From Nitrosopumilaceae archaeon (GTDB taxonomy: Archaea > Thermoproteota > Nitrososphaeria > Nitrososphaerales > Nitrosopumilaceae): 64,000 nt of DNA. Under the pieces are notes generated by a model, which did not search any database, had not been told where the DNA came from, and worked only from the letters and a program-made list of their open reading frames with translations. Position 1 is the stretch's first letter. The number at the start of each line of letters is the position of its first letter. The DNA is taken from contig OZ242274.1 in NCBI GenBank assembly GCA_965207375.1, positions 1,120,001 to 1,184,000 of the forward strand, read 5' to 3'. Positions 19,320 through 30,026 of the stretch are shown here, piece by piece. The position numbers were made by a program, and so were the translations under genes.

Positions 19320-19505
19320 CTATTGCCGTCCGTTTTTTGAATAAAACAAGTAAAAACTCCACAAAAACACGCCAATCATGGCAGCGCCTGTAATGTATGC
19401 AAAATTGAATCCATCATCGAGACTATCCTCGTTGTATGTGTTGATTACAAATGTAAGAATCAACAACATTGCCCCAATTAGCATTAACCTCCTGTGGGCT
19501 TGCAT
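19320..19505 (-). CDS. Small two-TM membrane protein
   Basis: 61 aa with two hydrophobic helices. Confidence 0.65.
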   Translation of the reverse strand: MQAHRRLMLIGAMLLILTFVINTYNEDSLDDGFNFAYITGAAMIGVFLWSFYLFYSKNGRQ

Positions 19506-19654
19506 ATGTGACTAGTTACTTGTTTGTATATTAATTAAACAAAATTTGGCGTGTATGTGGTACCAAAATCATTTAACATTCCTGTCAGGATGCAAATTAC
19601 TTGAAACTATCAACAAAACAAACTTCTTAACCCTAAATTTTCTGCAAGATACAG

Positions 19655-21310
19655 ATGAGAAAAAAGGCAATCATTACAAGTGCACTTCCGTATGCTAATG
19701 GGGAGATACATCTAGGACACGTTGCATCCACATATCTGCCTGCAGATGTGACTACGCGATATCTTAAACAAAACGGTGTAGAGGCGTATTATGTATGTGC
19801 ATCTGATGATTTTGGAACACCAATCCTGATACAATCAGAAAAAGAGGACAAGACACCTGCACAGTACGTTGCCCATTGGAACAAGCGTGACTATGAGGAT
19901 TTTAAATCACTTGATATCTGTTTTGATTATTTTTACAACACAAGCTCACAGGAAAACATTGAATTTGTACAGAATGTTTTCAAAAAGTTAAACGATGCAG
20001 GACACATTTATGAATCTGAAATAATTCAGTTTTTTTGTCAAAACGATGACAAATTTTTGCCTGACAGATATGTCAAGGGAACCTGTCCTTACTGTCATAC
20101 AAAAGATCAATACTCGGATTTGTGTGAAAGCTGCGGAAGGGTTCCTGAAGAAATTGACAATCCCAAGTGTTCAATTTGCGGGCAGACTCCAATCAAGAAA
20201 AAAACCACGCATTATTTTTTTAAACTCAAAAATTTTGGCGACTCTCTTACTGCCTGGCTGGAACAAAACGACAATCTGCAAAAAGACGTAAAAAAATACG
20301 TTCAAAACTGGATTAAAACGGGACTAATCGACTGGGACATCACCCGTGACATATCTTGGGGCGTTCCGATTCCTAATACTCGACAAAATCAAGTTTTCTA
20401 CGGTTGGTTTGACAATCATCTGGCATACATCTCAACTGCAATAAAATTTCTAAACGACAAAGGCATCAACGGAAAAGAATTTTGGAATTCTGCTGATATT
20501 TACCACTTTATTGGAAAAGACATTGTATATCATCATTATTTGTTTTTACCTGCAATGCGATTGGGTATGAACAAAGAGTACAAACTACCTGACTTTATTC
20601 CGACTCGAGGTCATCTTACTTTGGAATCTAAAAAAATCTCAAAGAGCAGAAATTGGTATATTGGCCTAAAAGAGTTTCTAAACTATTATCGTGCTGACTA
20701 TCTTAGATACTATTTGATTTCAATTAATCCGTATTCTCAAGATGACTTGAATTTTGATTGGGACGAGTTTGCAACCCGAATCAACTCTGAACTTATTGGA
20801 AACTTGGGAAACTTTGTAAATAGGGCACTAGGGTTTGCTGCAAAGAGCTTTGATGGCACCGTTCCAAAACCTACTCAATATGATGACAAAGACAAAAAGG
20901 CAGAGGAAAAAATCCGAAATTTGTCATCTGATGTGGGTGCATTAATGCAGCAAAATCATCTTGATCGTGCACTAAAAAAGATACTAGACTTTACCGGTCA
21001 CTTTAATCAGTATTTTCAGCACAAAGAGCCTTGGAAGAAAGGGCCTGGAACTGAGACCTGTGTATTTTTATCCGTAAATGCAACTAAGAGTCTATCTGTT
21101 ATACTGAGCTCATTTTTACCTGAATCTTCACAAAAAATTTGGACGCAGTTGGGATTAAATGGAAAATCTACAGATCAATCTTGGGATTCTATATCTGAGA
21201 TAACCATTATGCCTGGCCATACTTTGGGTGACCCTGCACCCCTGTTTGCAAAGGTTGAGGATGAAGACATTAAAAGACACAAGGAAAAATTGGGTACCCG
21301 AGCAAATTGA
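19655..21310 (+). CDS. metG: Methionyl-tRNA synthetase
   Basis: ALPYANGEIHLGH (HIGH), zinc knuckle, GKDIVYHH, KISKS. Confidence 0.97.
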   Translation: MRKKAIITSALPYANGEIHLGHVASTYLPADVTTRYLKQNGVEAYYVCASDDFGTPILIQSEKEDKTPAQYVAHWNKRDYEDFKSLDICFDYFYNTSSQENIEFVQNVFKKLNDAGHIYESEIIQFFCQNDDKFLPDRYVKGTCPYCHTKDQYSDLCESCGRVPEEIDNPKCSICGQTPIKKKTTHYFFKLKNFGDSLTAWLEQNDNLQKDVKKYVQNWIKTGLIDWDITRDISWGVPIPNTRQNQVFYGWFDNHLAYISTAIKFLNDKGINGKEFWNSADIYHFIGKDIVYHHYLFLPAMRLGMNKEYKLPDFIPTRGHLTLESKKISKSRNWYIGLKEFLNYYRADYLRYYLISINPYSQDDLNFDWDEFATRINSELIGNLGNFVNRALGFAAKSFDGTVPKPTQYDDKDKKAEEKIRNLSSDVGALMQQNHLDRALKKILDFTGHFNQYFQHKEPWKKGPGTETCVFLSVNATKSLSVILSSFLPESSQKIWTQLGLNGKSTDQSWDSISEITIMPGHTLGDPAPLFAKVEDEDIKRHKEKLGTRAN

Positions 21311-22059
21311 GAAAACCATTTCCGAGAATATCAACTAGAGGATATTATGATTTAGGTACGGGTAATACTTTAAAGACAAATCCTTACTTTTTATATCCAA
21401 AATTCTTTTTTGATCATATACGTGGTACAAAGGAGCTAACAATTATGATGCATGGGCTAAGAAATGACAGGACAGGTGCATTAAACAAGTTTGTCATTGC
21501 CAAGAAAAAACTACACCAAATAGGTTATTGCTATCCTGTAGTTGGATTCAGCTATGATTCAAACACCAGAGGAGCACATCTTGCAAAATCTGCCCTCAAA
21601 GCATTGCACGTAGGACAAAAAATAGCAAAGAAAAATGGCAAAAATTTAGCAAAATTTATTGTAGATTTTAAAAACTCTAGTCCTGATACTCGAATTCGAT
21701 TAATGGGTCATTCTCTTGGCTCTCAGGTTATCTTGCACACAGTTGAGAATTTGGCCAAAAATCCAAAAAATACATCCATGATAGAGTCTGTTTACTTTTT
21801 TGGCAGCTCCATAACTATACAAGAGTTCTCTTGTGCAGTGCGCTCCAAAATACTTCAAAAAATTATCAGGCACAAAATTGTCAATTATTTTAGTCCTGCA
21901 GATGAGACCCTCAAATACGCTCATGAGCATGGAGATGTATTGAATCCTATAGGGTATTTTGGATGTAGCCCAAATCTGTCAAAATATACTCAAAAAAAGG
22001 TATGGCCAAAAAACCACCGATTCGCAAGCTATGCTGATGTTCTCAAGTCGTTTCCATAG
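21307..22059 (+). CDS. Alpha/beta hydrolase (DUF726-like)
   Basis: MHG, GHSLG nucleophile elbow, C-terminal H-x2-ASY. Confidence 0.8.
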   Translation: MRKPFPRISTRGYYDLGTGNTLKTNPYFLYPKFFFDHIRGTKELTIMMHGLRNDRTGALNKFVIAKKKLHQIGYCYPVVGFSYDSNTRGAHLAKSALKALHVGQKIAKKNGKNLAKFIVDFKNSSPDTRIRLMGHSLGSQVILHTVENLAKNPKNTSMIESVYFFGSSITIQEFSCAVRSKILQKIIRHKIVNYFSPADETLKYAHEHGDVLNPIGYFGCSPNLSKYTQKKVWPKNHRFASYADVLKSFP

Positions 22060-22090
22060 TTTAAATTTCAATGATGCCTGAATTTTTGAT

Positions 22091-23005
22091 ATGAACTCGG
22101 CAAACTTTGTGGTTTTAGGTGATCAAAGTATTGCAAAAAATTTTGGCAAAAAGGGAACTCAAACGGATCTTACCTTATATGATAAAAAAGAGTCCGATGT
22201 TATAAGAACCTGGATTGTACCTAGTGGATTTCCTGAAAAAATTCAACCACTTCTTCAGGCAATTAACCTGTCAGAATTTGTAGTCTTGTATGTTACTGCA
22301 CTAGATAAATTTACAGGAGAACAAATTGTGGCACTAGATATTTTGGATAAAAAAATTGGTATAATTGCACATTCCTTTGATGTAGATGAATCCACATTAA
22401 ATGCCATGATTAAAGGGACTGTGGTACAAAACTATACTGTAACTGAATATGACCGGCTCTGGGAAGAGATTGCAAAAGTCAAACCCTTATCCAAAGAGGG
22501 AAAGACCAAAATTGTAATTGATCATTGCTTTGATGTCAGAGGTGTGGGTACTGTAGTTTTAGGCAAAGTCACCTCTGGTATAGTAAAGCAGTATGATGAC
22601 CTCAAACTTTTGCCTGCAGATGCAGATGTGATGATAAAATCAATTCAAATGCACGACGATCCTGTAAATGAGGCAGCATACCCTGCCCGTGTAGGGCTGT
22701 CTGTCAAGGGCGTAAAACCAGAAGATGTGAATCGTGGAGATATTTTGTGTGTTGACTCTATGAAGGTAACTGATGAATTAGACATTGATTTTGTAAAAAC
22801 CCCATACTACAAGGGAGATATTTCCAAAAATCATATGTGTCTTGTTAATGTGGGACTAAAAATCATGGCAGGCAAATTCTCATCTGTGCATCCAGTCAAG
22901 ATTCATCTTGACAAGCCTATTGTATATGATGATGGTGATATTGCAGTTGTTTTAAAACCTGAATCTACAGGAATTCGAATTTTAGGCAGCGGAAAAATCA
23001 AATGA
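22091..23005 (+). CDS. SelB-like / EF-Tu domain II protein with a degenerate G domain
   Basis: IDHCFDVRGVGTVVLG, IKSIQMHD, RVGL, RGD; no canonical GxxxxGKS. Confidence 0.8.
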   Translation: MNSANFVVLGDQSIAKNFGKKGTQTDLTLYDKKESDVIRTWIVPSGFPEKIQPLLQAINLSEFVVLYVTALDKFTGEQIVALDILDKKIGIIAHSFDVDESTLNAMIKGTVVQNYTVTEYDRLWEEIAKVKPLSKEGKTKIVIDHCFDVRGVGTVVLGKVTSGIVKQYDDLKLLPADADVMIKSIQMHDDPVNEAAYPARVGLSVKGVKPEDVNRGDILCVDSMKVTDELDIDFVKTPYYKGDISKNHMCLVNVGLKIMAGKFSSVHPVKIHLDKPIVYDDGDIAVVLKPESTGIRILGSGKIK

Positions 23006-23049
23006 TTATTGTACCTGCGAGCCGGTTTGTTTTTTGTTGATAAAATTTA

Positions 23050-23230
23050 CTGTTTTTTTATTTCCATTTTCATGCGCAACATGTGGGCATTGAGGCGATA
23101 TGATGATGTTTCACATTCCAGCATTACAGTGAGACAGATGCAGTTATGGTGTGTGCTTTAGAATACATTATAATTATGGGAAATATCGTATGATGCAGGT
23201 GCAAGATAGTGGGTGAATTTCCATCTACTG
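23050..23230 (+). mobile_element. ISH3-family right-end remnant, copy 1
   Basis: Homologous to 45910-46100; FMRNMWAL transposase C-terminus; ends GAATTTCCATCTACTG. Confidence 0.65.
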
Positions 23231-23250
23231 ATGTAACTGTGCTTGAGAAA

Positions 23251-23805
23251 TTACTCCATCATTTTCAATGTGTCTGATGCAGTTATAATTCCAACAATTT
23301 TGGTTTGTTTTGATACCAGTATGCACTTTGAATATCTAATCAAAGGCACTAGTACGTTTACAGGCGTTTCAAAGTCAACTATTGGAGGTGTTGAATCCAT
23401 CGTATTTGATATCTTGGCCTTTTTGAGTTCTGTCTCTCCTGTATCTGATAGATGTTTTACAATTCCGTCCTCTGTTATTACGCCTACTACCTCAATTTTG
23501 TCAAAAATTGGAATTTGGCTGATGGATAACTGGTGCATTTTTTTTATTGCGTCATGTAGCGTATCTGTTGGTTTTAATCTGATTATATCCTTACTGCAAA
23601 AATCCCCTGCAATATGTGGTGATTTTCCTTCCAATGTTACCAAATTGTCAAAAATCTTTTTAGCAGTATCGTAGCTTGGTTGACTACGCCCTGATTCGAT
23701 TTGATTTATCATTGATGTGCTGACACCTGTCATGTGTGCAAGTTTTTTTTGTGTAATTCCTATCTTGAGTCTGATTTGCTTTATAGAATCAATTCTTGGC
23801 AGCAT
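23251..23805 (-). CDS. XRE-HTH + tandem CBS domain transcriptional regulator
   Basis: ITQKKLAHMTGVSTSMINQIESGRSQPS HTH, ISQIPIF and VGIITASD CBS motifs; start placed at MLPRID. Confidence 0.9.
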   Translation of the reverse strand: MLPRIDSIKQIRLKIGITQKKLAHMTGVSTSMINQIESGRSQPSYDTAKKIFDNLVTLEGKSPHIAGDFCSKDIIRLKPTDTLHDAIKKMHQLSISQIPIFDKIEVVGVITEDGIVKHLSDTGETELKKAKISNTMDSTPPIVDFETPVNVLVPLIRYSKCILVSKQTKIVGIITASDTLKMME

Positions 23806-23833
23806 AAAGTTATTTAGTTGTGGCCGATTTAAA

Positions 23834-26476
23834 CTATTTTGGTTTTTCAATTGCGGCCTGAGCTGCGGCAACAATTGCTATTGGTATCCTGTGTGGTGAT
23901 GCGCTGACATAGCTTAGTCCTGCACTGTGACAAAACTTTATAGAGTTGGGATCTCCTCCGTGTTCTCCACAGATGCCAACCTCCATGTTGTGTTTAATTT
24001 TACGTCCGCCTGAAATTCCGATTTTAATTAGGCGGCCTACGCCATTTGCATCAATTGTTTGGAAAGGATTTCTCTCTAGCAGCTCCTTTTCCATATATTC
24101 TGGAAGGAATTTACCTTCCACATCTTCTCTGCTAAAACTAAAGGTTCCCTGTGTCAAATCATTGGTGCCAAAGCTGAAAAACTCTGCCGTATTTGCAAGC
24201 TCATCTGCAGTTAACGCTGCCCTTACAACCTCTATCATTGTTCCAAAGTTTACTGTCAGCTTCATTTTGTTTTTGGCTTCGACCTCCTTTTTGATATCAT
24301 CATAAATTTTCTTGATGTGATTTAATTCTGCAATACTGCTTATTTGTGGAATCATGATTTGTGGATGTGCCTTTATTTTTTTCTTTGTCAACTCCGCTAG
24401 GGCCTCAAAGACTGCCCGAATCTGCATCTGATAAATTTCAGGATATGTCACGCCCACCCTGACTCCTCTATGACCCATCATTGGGTTTACCTCTGCTAGC
24501 TGTCTGGCCCTTTTCAAAACAATTTCTGCTTTTTTGATCTCCTCTTTTGCCTCTAGTCTGTGAATTTTTTCTGCTAGCTCCTCAGGATTTGGCAGGAACT
24601 CGTGTAGTGGCGGATCAAGCAACCTGATTGTTACCTCATAGCCCTCCATCGCCTTTAGAATTGCAATAAAGTCACTTTTTTGCAATCGTCCCAATTTTTT
24701 AAGAACCTGGGAGCGCTCTTTGGTGTTTTGTGCCATTATCATATCTACAAACAAGCCTATCCTGTCACTTGCGTTGAACATTCTCTCTGTTCTGCAAAGG
24801 CCTATTCCTTTTGCGCCAAACCTTCTTGCTAGTCTTGCAGCTTCGGGCGTATCTGCATTTGCCCTGATTCCAAGTACCTTTGTTTTTTGCGCCCATGCAA
24901 GGATTTGTTCAAAGTCCTTTGTCACCTTTGGCTCTACTGTTGGAACCTCTCCTAGAAAAACCGTTCCTGTACTGCCATCAATAGATACTGTCTGACCTTC
25001 CTTTAGGATATTTCCATTTGCAATACATTGGTTGTTATTATAATCAATCTTTAATTGTGCGCATCCTACAATGCATGGCTTTCCCATGCCTCTTGAAACA
25101 ATTGCTGCATGAGATGACTTTCCTCCCAAGCTAGTCAGTATTCCTTGTGATGAAAAAAATGCAGGAACGTCTTCGGGTTTTGTTTCTTTTCTGATTAAGA
25201 TGACCTTTTTGCCTGCATCTCCTAACTCCATTGCCTTTTTTACATCAAAGACTGCAATTCCGCTAGCAGCTCCCGGAGATGCTGCAATGCCACGCACAAA
25301 TTGTTTAAAATTCATGCATTTTGACTCGTCAACTGTTCTGTGCAACAATGCCTCTAATTGCTGTGCAGGAATTCTTACAAGTGCTCGTTTTTTGTCAACT
25401 AGTCTTTCTTTTACCATGTCTACAGATGTCTTTACTAGTGCCATGGCGCTCATTTTTGCAGTTCTTGTCTGCAACAGGTAGAATCGTCCCTGCTCTATGG
25501 TAAATTCAATATCTTGTGGTTCTTTAAAGTGTCTTTCAAGCTTTGTACATGCATTGTATAGCTCACTGTATGATTTTGACATCTCTTTTTTGAGCAAGGC
25601 AACATTTTTTCCGGTTCTAACTCCTGCAACAACGTCCTCTCCTTGCGCGTTGATCAGATATTCTCCCTCCAACTCCTTTTTGCCGTTGTGTCCGTTTCTG
25701 GTAAATACTACCCCCGTTGCACTATCTGCACCCATGTTTCCAAACACCATTGCAACAACGTTGACTGCGGTTCCATCTGCAATGTCTTTTGTTATGTTAT
25801 TTTTGTCACGATAAATTACTGCCCTTTCTCCCATCCAGCTTTTAAAGACTGCCTCAATTGACAGGCTCAGCTGTTCATTAGGAGAATCTGGAAATTTTTT
25901 CTTTGTGTGTTTTTCACATATTTTTTTATATTCAGACACGATCTTTTTTAACGATTCCACACTTAGATTGCTGTCATCTTTTACGCCCTGTCTGGATTTT
26001 GCAGAATCTAGTATATCATCAAACTTTTCATCATGTATTCCAAATACTACCTTGCCGAACAGCTGAATGAATCGCCTGTACGAATCCCAAGCAAAGCGTG
26101 GGTTTTTTGTTTGCTCAGCTAGGCCATCTACTGTTTTTTCATTTAATCCCAGATTCAAAATTGTATCCATCATGCCCGGCATCGATATTGCAGCACCGGA
26201 ACGAACAGAAACCAACAGTGGATTTTTTGTAGAATTCCATTTCTTTTTGGTTTTTTGCTCTATTTTTGCAATGTTTTTCATTACCATGGGCATGACATCT
26301 TTGGGCAGTTTCTGATGGTTTGCATAATATTTCTTACAAACCTCAGTTGTGATGATAAATCCAGGTGGTACAGGAAGCTTTAATCTAGTCATTTCACTTA
26401 GACCTGCACCTTTTCCACCCAAAAGCATCCTGTTTTTACTGTCTGCCTCCTCAAATGCATATACTGGCTTTGCCAT
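23834..26476 (-). CDS. ppdK: Pyruvate phosphate dikinase
   Basis: LLGGKGAGL, SVRSGAAISMPGMMDT, GGKSSHAAIV, GIGLCRTE, FSFGTNDLTQ, GICGEHGG. Confidence 0.97.
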   Translation of the reverse strand: MAKPVYAFEEADSKNRMLLGGKGAGLSEMTRLKLPVPPGFIITTEVCKKYYANHQKLPKDVMPMVMKNIAKIEQKTKKKWNSTKNPLLVSVRSGAAISMPGMMDTILNLGLNEKTVDGLAEQTKNPRFAWDSYRRFIQLFGKVVFGIHDEKFDDILDSAKSRQGVKDDSNLSVESLKKIVSEYKKICEKHTKKKFPDSPNEQLSLSIEAVFKSWMGERAVIYRDKNNITKDIADGTAVNVVAMVFGNMGADSATGVVFTRNGHNGKKELEGEYLINAQGEDVVAGVRTGKNVALLKKEMSKSYSELYNACTKLERHFKEPQDIEFTIEQGRFYLLQTRTAKMSAMALVKTSVDMVKERLVDKKRALVRIPAQQLEALLHRTVDESKCMNFKQFVRGIAASPGAASGIAVFDVKKAMELGDAGKKVILIRKETKPEDVPAFFSSQGILTSLGGKSSHAAIVSRGMGKPCIVGCAQLKIDYNNNQCIANGNILKEGQTVSIDGSTGTVFLGEVPTVEPKVTKDFEQILAWAQKTKVLGIRANADTPEAARLARRFGAKGIGLCRTERMFNASDRIGLFVDMIMAQNTKERSQVLKKLGRLQKSDFIAILKAMEGYEVTIRLLDPPLHEFLPNPEELAEKIHRLEAKEEIKKAEIVLKRARQLAEVNPMMGHRGVRVGVTYPEIYQMQIRAVFEALAELTKKKIKAHPQIMIPQISSIAELNHIKKIYDDIKKEVEAKNKMKLTVNFGTMIEVVRAALTADELANTAEFFSFGTNDLTQGTFSFSREDVEGKFLPEYMEKELLERNPFQTIDANGVGRLIKIGISGGRKIKHNMEVGICGEHGGDPNSIKFCHSAGLSYVSASPHRIPIAIVAAAQAAIEKPK

Positions 26477-26503
26477 GCAAAATGTCGTAAATTTTTTGGC
26501 TTT

Positions 26504-27160
26504 TTAAACTAATGCCTTTGCAAATTCAGAAATTGTTTTTTCCCAGTTGTTTGCTTTGATGATTCCGCTTGCAACTAAAATTCCTACAGAGCCTAACTCG
26601 GTTGCCTTGATTACATCATCTCCAGAAACAATTCCCGCACCACAAAGAAGTTTGGTTTTATTTTTTGCAGATTTTACTGTGTTTGCTGCTTTTATAATCA
26701 AGTCTGGTTGCTCCTTTGAAACTGCCTTTGCAGAGCCGATTAGCTCTGGTGGCTCAATTGCTATATAGTCTGGGTTTAATTTTACATATTTTTTGACCTC
26801 TGCAACATCTTTTACGCACAGAACCGATGTCATTTTGAGCTCTTTTAATTTTGAAATTATGTTTTTGATCTCATTTGGGGAAATCCTGTGCTCGCTGTGA
26901 TTAACTAAAGAGCCTGATATCTTTGATTTTTTTAACAGCTCTGGTACCATAAAGCCTGTAGTACTACCAACTAAAGAATCATCAACATGTTGTGCAAGTA
27001 TCTGGATGTTGTTTTGTGCAATTTGTCCCAACAGGTGTTGCGGGGGCGCTATGACAATTTTTACCTTGTATTTTTTTGCTACTCTTTGTACTGTTTTTAC
27101 AAATTTGATAATTTGCCTGCCTGATACTTCCTCATAGTTTTTACAGTTGATAATAAACAA
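26504..27160 (-). CDS. tpiA: Triosephosphate isomerase (archaeal type)
   Basis: INCKNY, AQHVD, NHSEH, AIEPPELIG, CGAGI, LVASG; TTG start. Confidence 0.95.
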   Translation of the reverse strand: MFIINCKNYEEVSGRQIIKFVKTVQRVAKKYKVKIVIAPPQHLLGQIAQNNIQILAQHVDDSLVGSTTGFMVPELLKKSKISGSLVNHSEHRISPNEIKNIISKLKELKMTSVLCVKDVAEVKKYVKLNPDYIAIEPPELIGSAKAVSKEQPDLIIKAANTVKSAKNKTKLLCGAGIVSGDDVIKATELGSVGILVASGIIKANNWEKTISEFAKALV

Positions 27161-27188
27161 GATTGCTTCAAGGTGTTTTGTTTAGTAT

Positions 27189-27476
27189 TTAATCCTTAAT
27201 TTGAGCAATACTGTCATATTTGCGTTTCATGCAAAGCACTATCATCATCAAGATGATGGCTGCAAGGTTTGTACCTATAATGTATATGTCATTTACCTCT
27301 ATTCCATAAATTAGCCACAGCAGTGCGCCTGCCGAAATCAACAACATCAGGTATCTTGAAATGTCTTTGAGACTCTTTGTTCTGTATCCTTTGATTATTT
27401 GCTGAACCCATCCTGATAAAATCAAGATTCCTGCCAATGTGCCAATAATTACAAGCAGGTTTTCATCTAAAAGCAT
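27189..27476 (-). CDS. SemiSWEET/PQ-loop family membrane protein
   Basis: Three TM helices, QIIKGYRTKSLKDIS, LWLIYG. Confidence 0.8.
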   Translation of the reverse strand: MLLDENLLVIIGTLAGILILSGWVQQIIKGYRTKSLKDISRYLMLLISAGALLWLIYGIEVNDIYIIGTNLAAIILMMIVLCMKRKYDSIAQIKD

Positions 27477-27483
27477 AAAGATC

Positions 27484-30024
27484 CTAATTCCAGAAAAACT
27501 GATCTAGGCCAGTTTGCTTTGGTTTTCCCAGCATTACATCAAAGTCTAAATCCATAGATGACGTAATCTGATCAAGTGTTGACTCCATAAATTCAAGATA
27601 TTTTTTTGGATCAATTTCGGTCTGCTTTGCCAATTCGATTGGTTTTACACCCTGCTTGTTTCGTGTCTTGATATATGAAATAATATCTCCTTTTTTGATC
27701 TCTCTTGTAGATCCTAACATTTTTGCAGCCCTTATGTGTTGAGGAACCGTTTTTACATATTCTGATGGGGCCTTGCTTATCATTACATTATATGCCAAAT
27801 CTTCTATTGGGATTTGTGTGTCTTGTACCTTTTTGGCACAATCTGAAATTTTAACACTGATTTGTTTTTTTGCATTTTCAAAATCTTTAATGTTTTGAAC
27901 CTCTGCAAGTACATCAAGCAGCTCATAAAACAGATTTTTAATAAATTTGGGAGTATGTGATTTTTTCCCCGTCAATCCCTTTACGTCTACCTTGCCTGAT
28001 TTTGTAACTCCCAGATAGTTCTTTTTTCTATTGCTTAATACCACGTATCTGTACTCTTTGTCAATCTCAAGATCTACTTTGTGATCGTTTTTAGCTTGTT
28101 CAATTACTAAATCAATCTGTGCCTGTGTTGGGTTTTTGATAAATAGTGAATCTGTATCTCCGTACAGTACCTCTATACCTGCTGTATCGCACTTTTTTAT
28201 GGTTTCTAAAATTGTATGTCTTCCGATTGCAGTGGTGGCTTCTGCTGCAGGCAAAAAGTATAGTGGGAATATTTCTGCACCCATCACGCCATAGCTTGCA
28301 TTTAAAATGACCTTAAGTGCCTGGCTGACTACTGTATATTGTTGCCTTTGCTCATCTGTGATATTTTGTTTTTTTGAGAGGCTCTTGTAATAGTTTACCC
28401 TCAAATCACGAAGCGAACCTATTAGCATGGCAGTCATGCCGTTTCTCTTTGTGCATACCCAGTGATTGGTTTGTGGTATTGTGCTTGTTTGACATTCTTT
28501 GTGTGGACATCGTACCGTTTCATATGAGAGATTTCTGACCTTGATGATACTAGGATACAGGCTTGCAAAGTCCATCACGGTGACATTGAAGTGAATGCCT
28601 TCCTTGGGATCTATAACTAACCCTCCACGGTATTTTTTATCTTTGATGACTGCATTTGAGGAGGCAGTTGTGAAATGCTTTTGCAACTCCTCTCGTTTTG
28701 GAATGAGTGCATTTCTTTGACGGTGTTCATAGTATAGCAGGCTTTTAATCCATTGTGAAACGCCTAGTCTTGCAATATCATCAATTGGCATTCTTGCAAT
28801 CCTTGCAATTACAATTAACAGGTCCATTAACAGATTATTGTTAAAACTTGTCAGTTCATAAGTAAGCAATGCATCATTGTAACAATAATTTGCAGTCTGG
28901 TACAGCGTTTGATCATTGAACGCTACGCCATAGTCTATCTTTTGCTTTCCTAGTAGTGCCTTTGAGACGCTGTTTAATGAAAAATCAGTATATTTGTGGC
29001 TAAACGCATAGATTTGAAACGAGCGATTTGATAACGTCCTGTACAAATCAATGTGAACACCATGTTTTAGCGTTGCAGAGTCTCTCATCATGTATAATGG
29101 ATTGTCCTGATTTTGTATTCCTAGCCGCTCTGCACGATTATACAGGTATGGTAGATCAAATTCGTCGCCGTTATAGGTTAAAACAAATGCAAATTCCTCC
29201 AACAACTTGAATGCATCAAGAATCATCTGTTTTTCATTTTCTTGCTCGTAGAATTTTGGTTCAAAATCCAAGTCGTTGGTGCCAAGCTGCGTTTCTTTTT
29301 TCTTTAAGATAAAAATCTCCCTAAATCCATCTGTGCCTGAGAATCCAATTGCCGTAATTCTTTTTTCTGCAAGTTTTGGATCAGGAATACGGTCGATTTC
29401 TGCCTCAATCTCAATGTCTACGCTTACCCTCCTCATTTTCGGAATTGGTTGGTTTAGCAAGTCAGCCCAATCAGAAATGTATTCTTCAAACTGTTTAGAG
29501 TCTATCATTTTTTCATCTGATATATTCTCCCAGAGTAAAGTATTGAGGGCGTCTTTGATCTGTTGTGGGATTTCCAAATCATGTGGTACTACTTTTGAAT
29601 CTTTTATTTCATAATATTTTCCTATAATTAATGATCTGTCGTACAAATAATTTTCATAATATTTGATATCAGACTCCCATGTTTCAATCACATTTCTCAG
29701 GCTCTTATCCGTTGTCGTACCTCCTATTGCCAACGGATCTTCTACTGTTATTTTTGACAAGGATACTTGCTCGTCTTTTAAAAGATCATTTCGCTTGACA
29801 TCTTCTATTTTTATCACGTCCTTTCTGTCTGCAATAAATCCCAATTCGTCTGGATTTAATCTTGAATAGCAGTATGGTTTGTGACCAATCTCGTCTTGCC
29901 ACAGGATGATTTTTTGTGTTTTTGGTTCGTAAAATTTAAGAACTACCGATTTTTTTTTGTTGTCATATGTTGCAGACACCAGCATAGATGGTGGAAGCTG
30001 TTTGATCTGTGTTTGTTGTGTCAT
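27484..30024 (-). CDS. polB: Family B DNA polymerase (PolB1)
   Basis: DIE exonuclease, YNGDEFD, DFASLYPSII, KVILNASYG, YGDTDS. Confidence 0.97.
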   Translation of the reverse strand: MTQQTQIKQLPPSMLVSATYDNKKKSVVLKFYEPKTQKIILWQDEIGHKPYCYSRLNPDELGFIADRKDVIKIEDVKRNDLLKDEQVSLSKITVEDPLAIGGTTTDKSLRNVIETWESDIKYYENYLYDRSLIIGKYYEIKDSKVVPHDLEIPQQIKDALNTLLWENISDEKMIDSKQFEEYISDWADLLNQPIPKMRRVSVDIEIEAEIDRIPDPKLAEKRITAIGFSGTDGFREIFILKKKETQLGTNDLDFEPKFYEQENEKQMILDAFKLLEEFAFVLTYNGDEFDLPYLYNRAERLGIQNQDNPLYMMRDSATLKHGVHIDLYRTLSNRSFQIYAFSHKYTDFSLNSVSKALLGKQKIDYGVAFNDQTLYQTANYCYNDALLTYELTSFNNNLLMDLLIVIARIARMPIDDIARLGVSQWIKSLLYYEHRQRNALIPKREELQKHFTTASSNAVIKDKKYRGGLVIDPKEGIHFNVTVMDFASLYPSIIKVRNLSYETVRCPHKECQTSTIPQTNHWVCTKRNGMTAMLIGSLRDLRVNYYKSLSKKQNITDEQRQQYTVVSQALKVILNASYGVMGAEIFPLYFLPAAEATTAIGRHTILETIKKCDTAGIEVLYGDTDSLFIKNPTQAQIDLVIEQAKNDHKVDLEIDKEYRYVVLSNRKKNYLGVTKSGKVDVKGLTGKKSHTPKFIKNLFYELLDVLAEVQNIKDFENAKKQISVKISDCAKKVQDTQIPIEDLAYNVMISKAPSEYVKTVPQHIRAAKMLGSTREIKKGDIISYIKTRNKQGVKPIELAKQTEIDPKKYLEFMESTLDQITSSMDLDFDVMLGKPKQTGLDQFFWN

Positions 30025-30026
30025 GG

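Noticed and set aside
22091-23005. Selenocysteine machinery
   Set aside because: G domain is degenerate; no in-frame UGA genes, SelD or tRNA-Sec seen
27484-30024. Inteins in PolB, ligase or helicases
   Set aside because: Lengths are normal and motifs are contiguous
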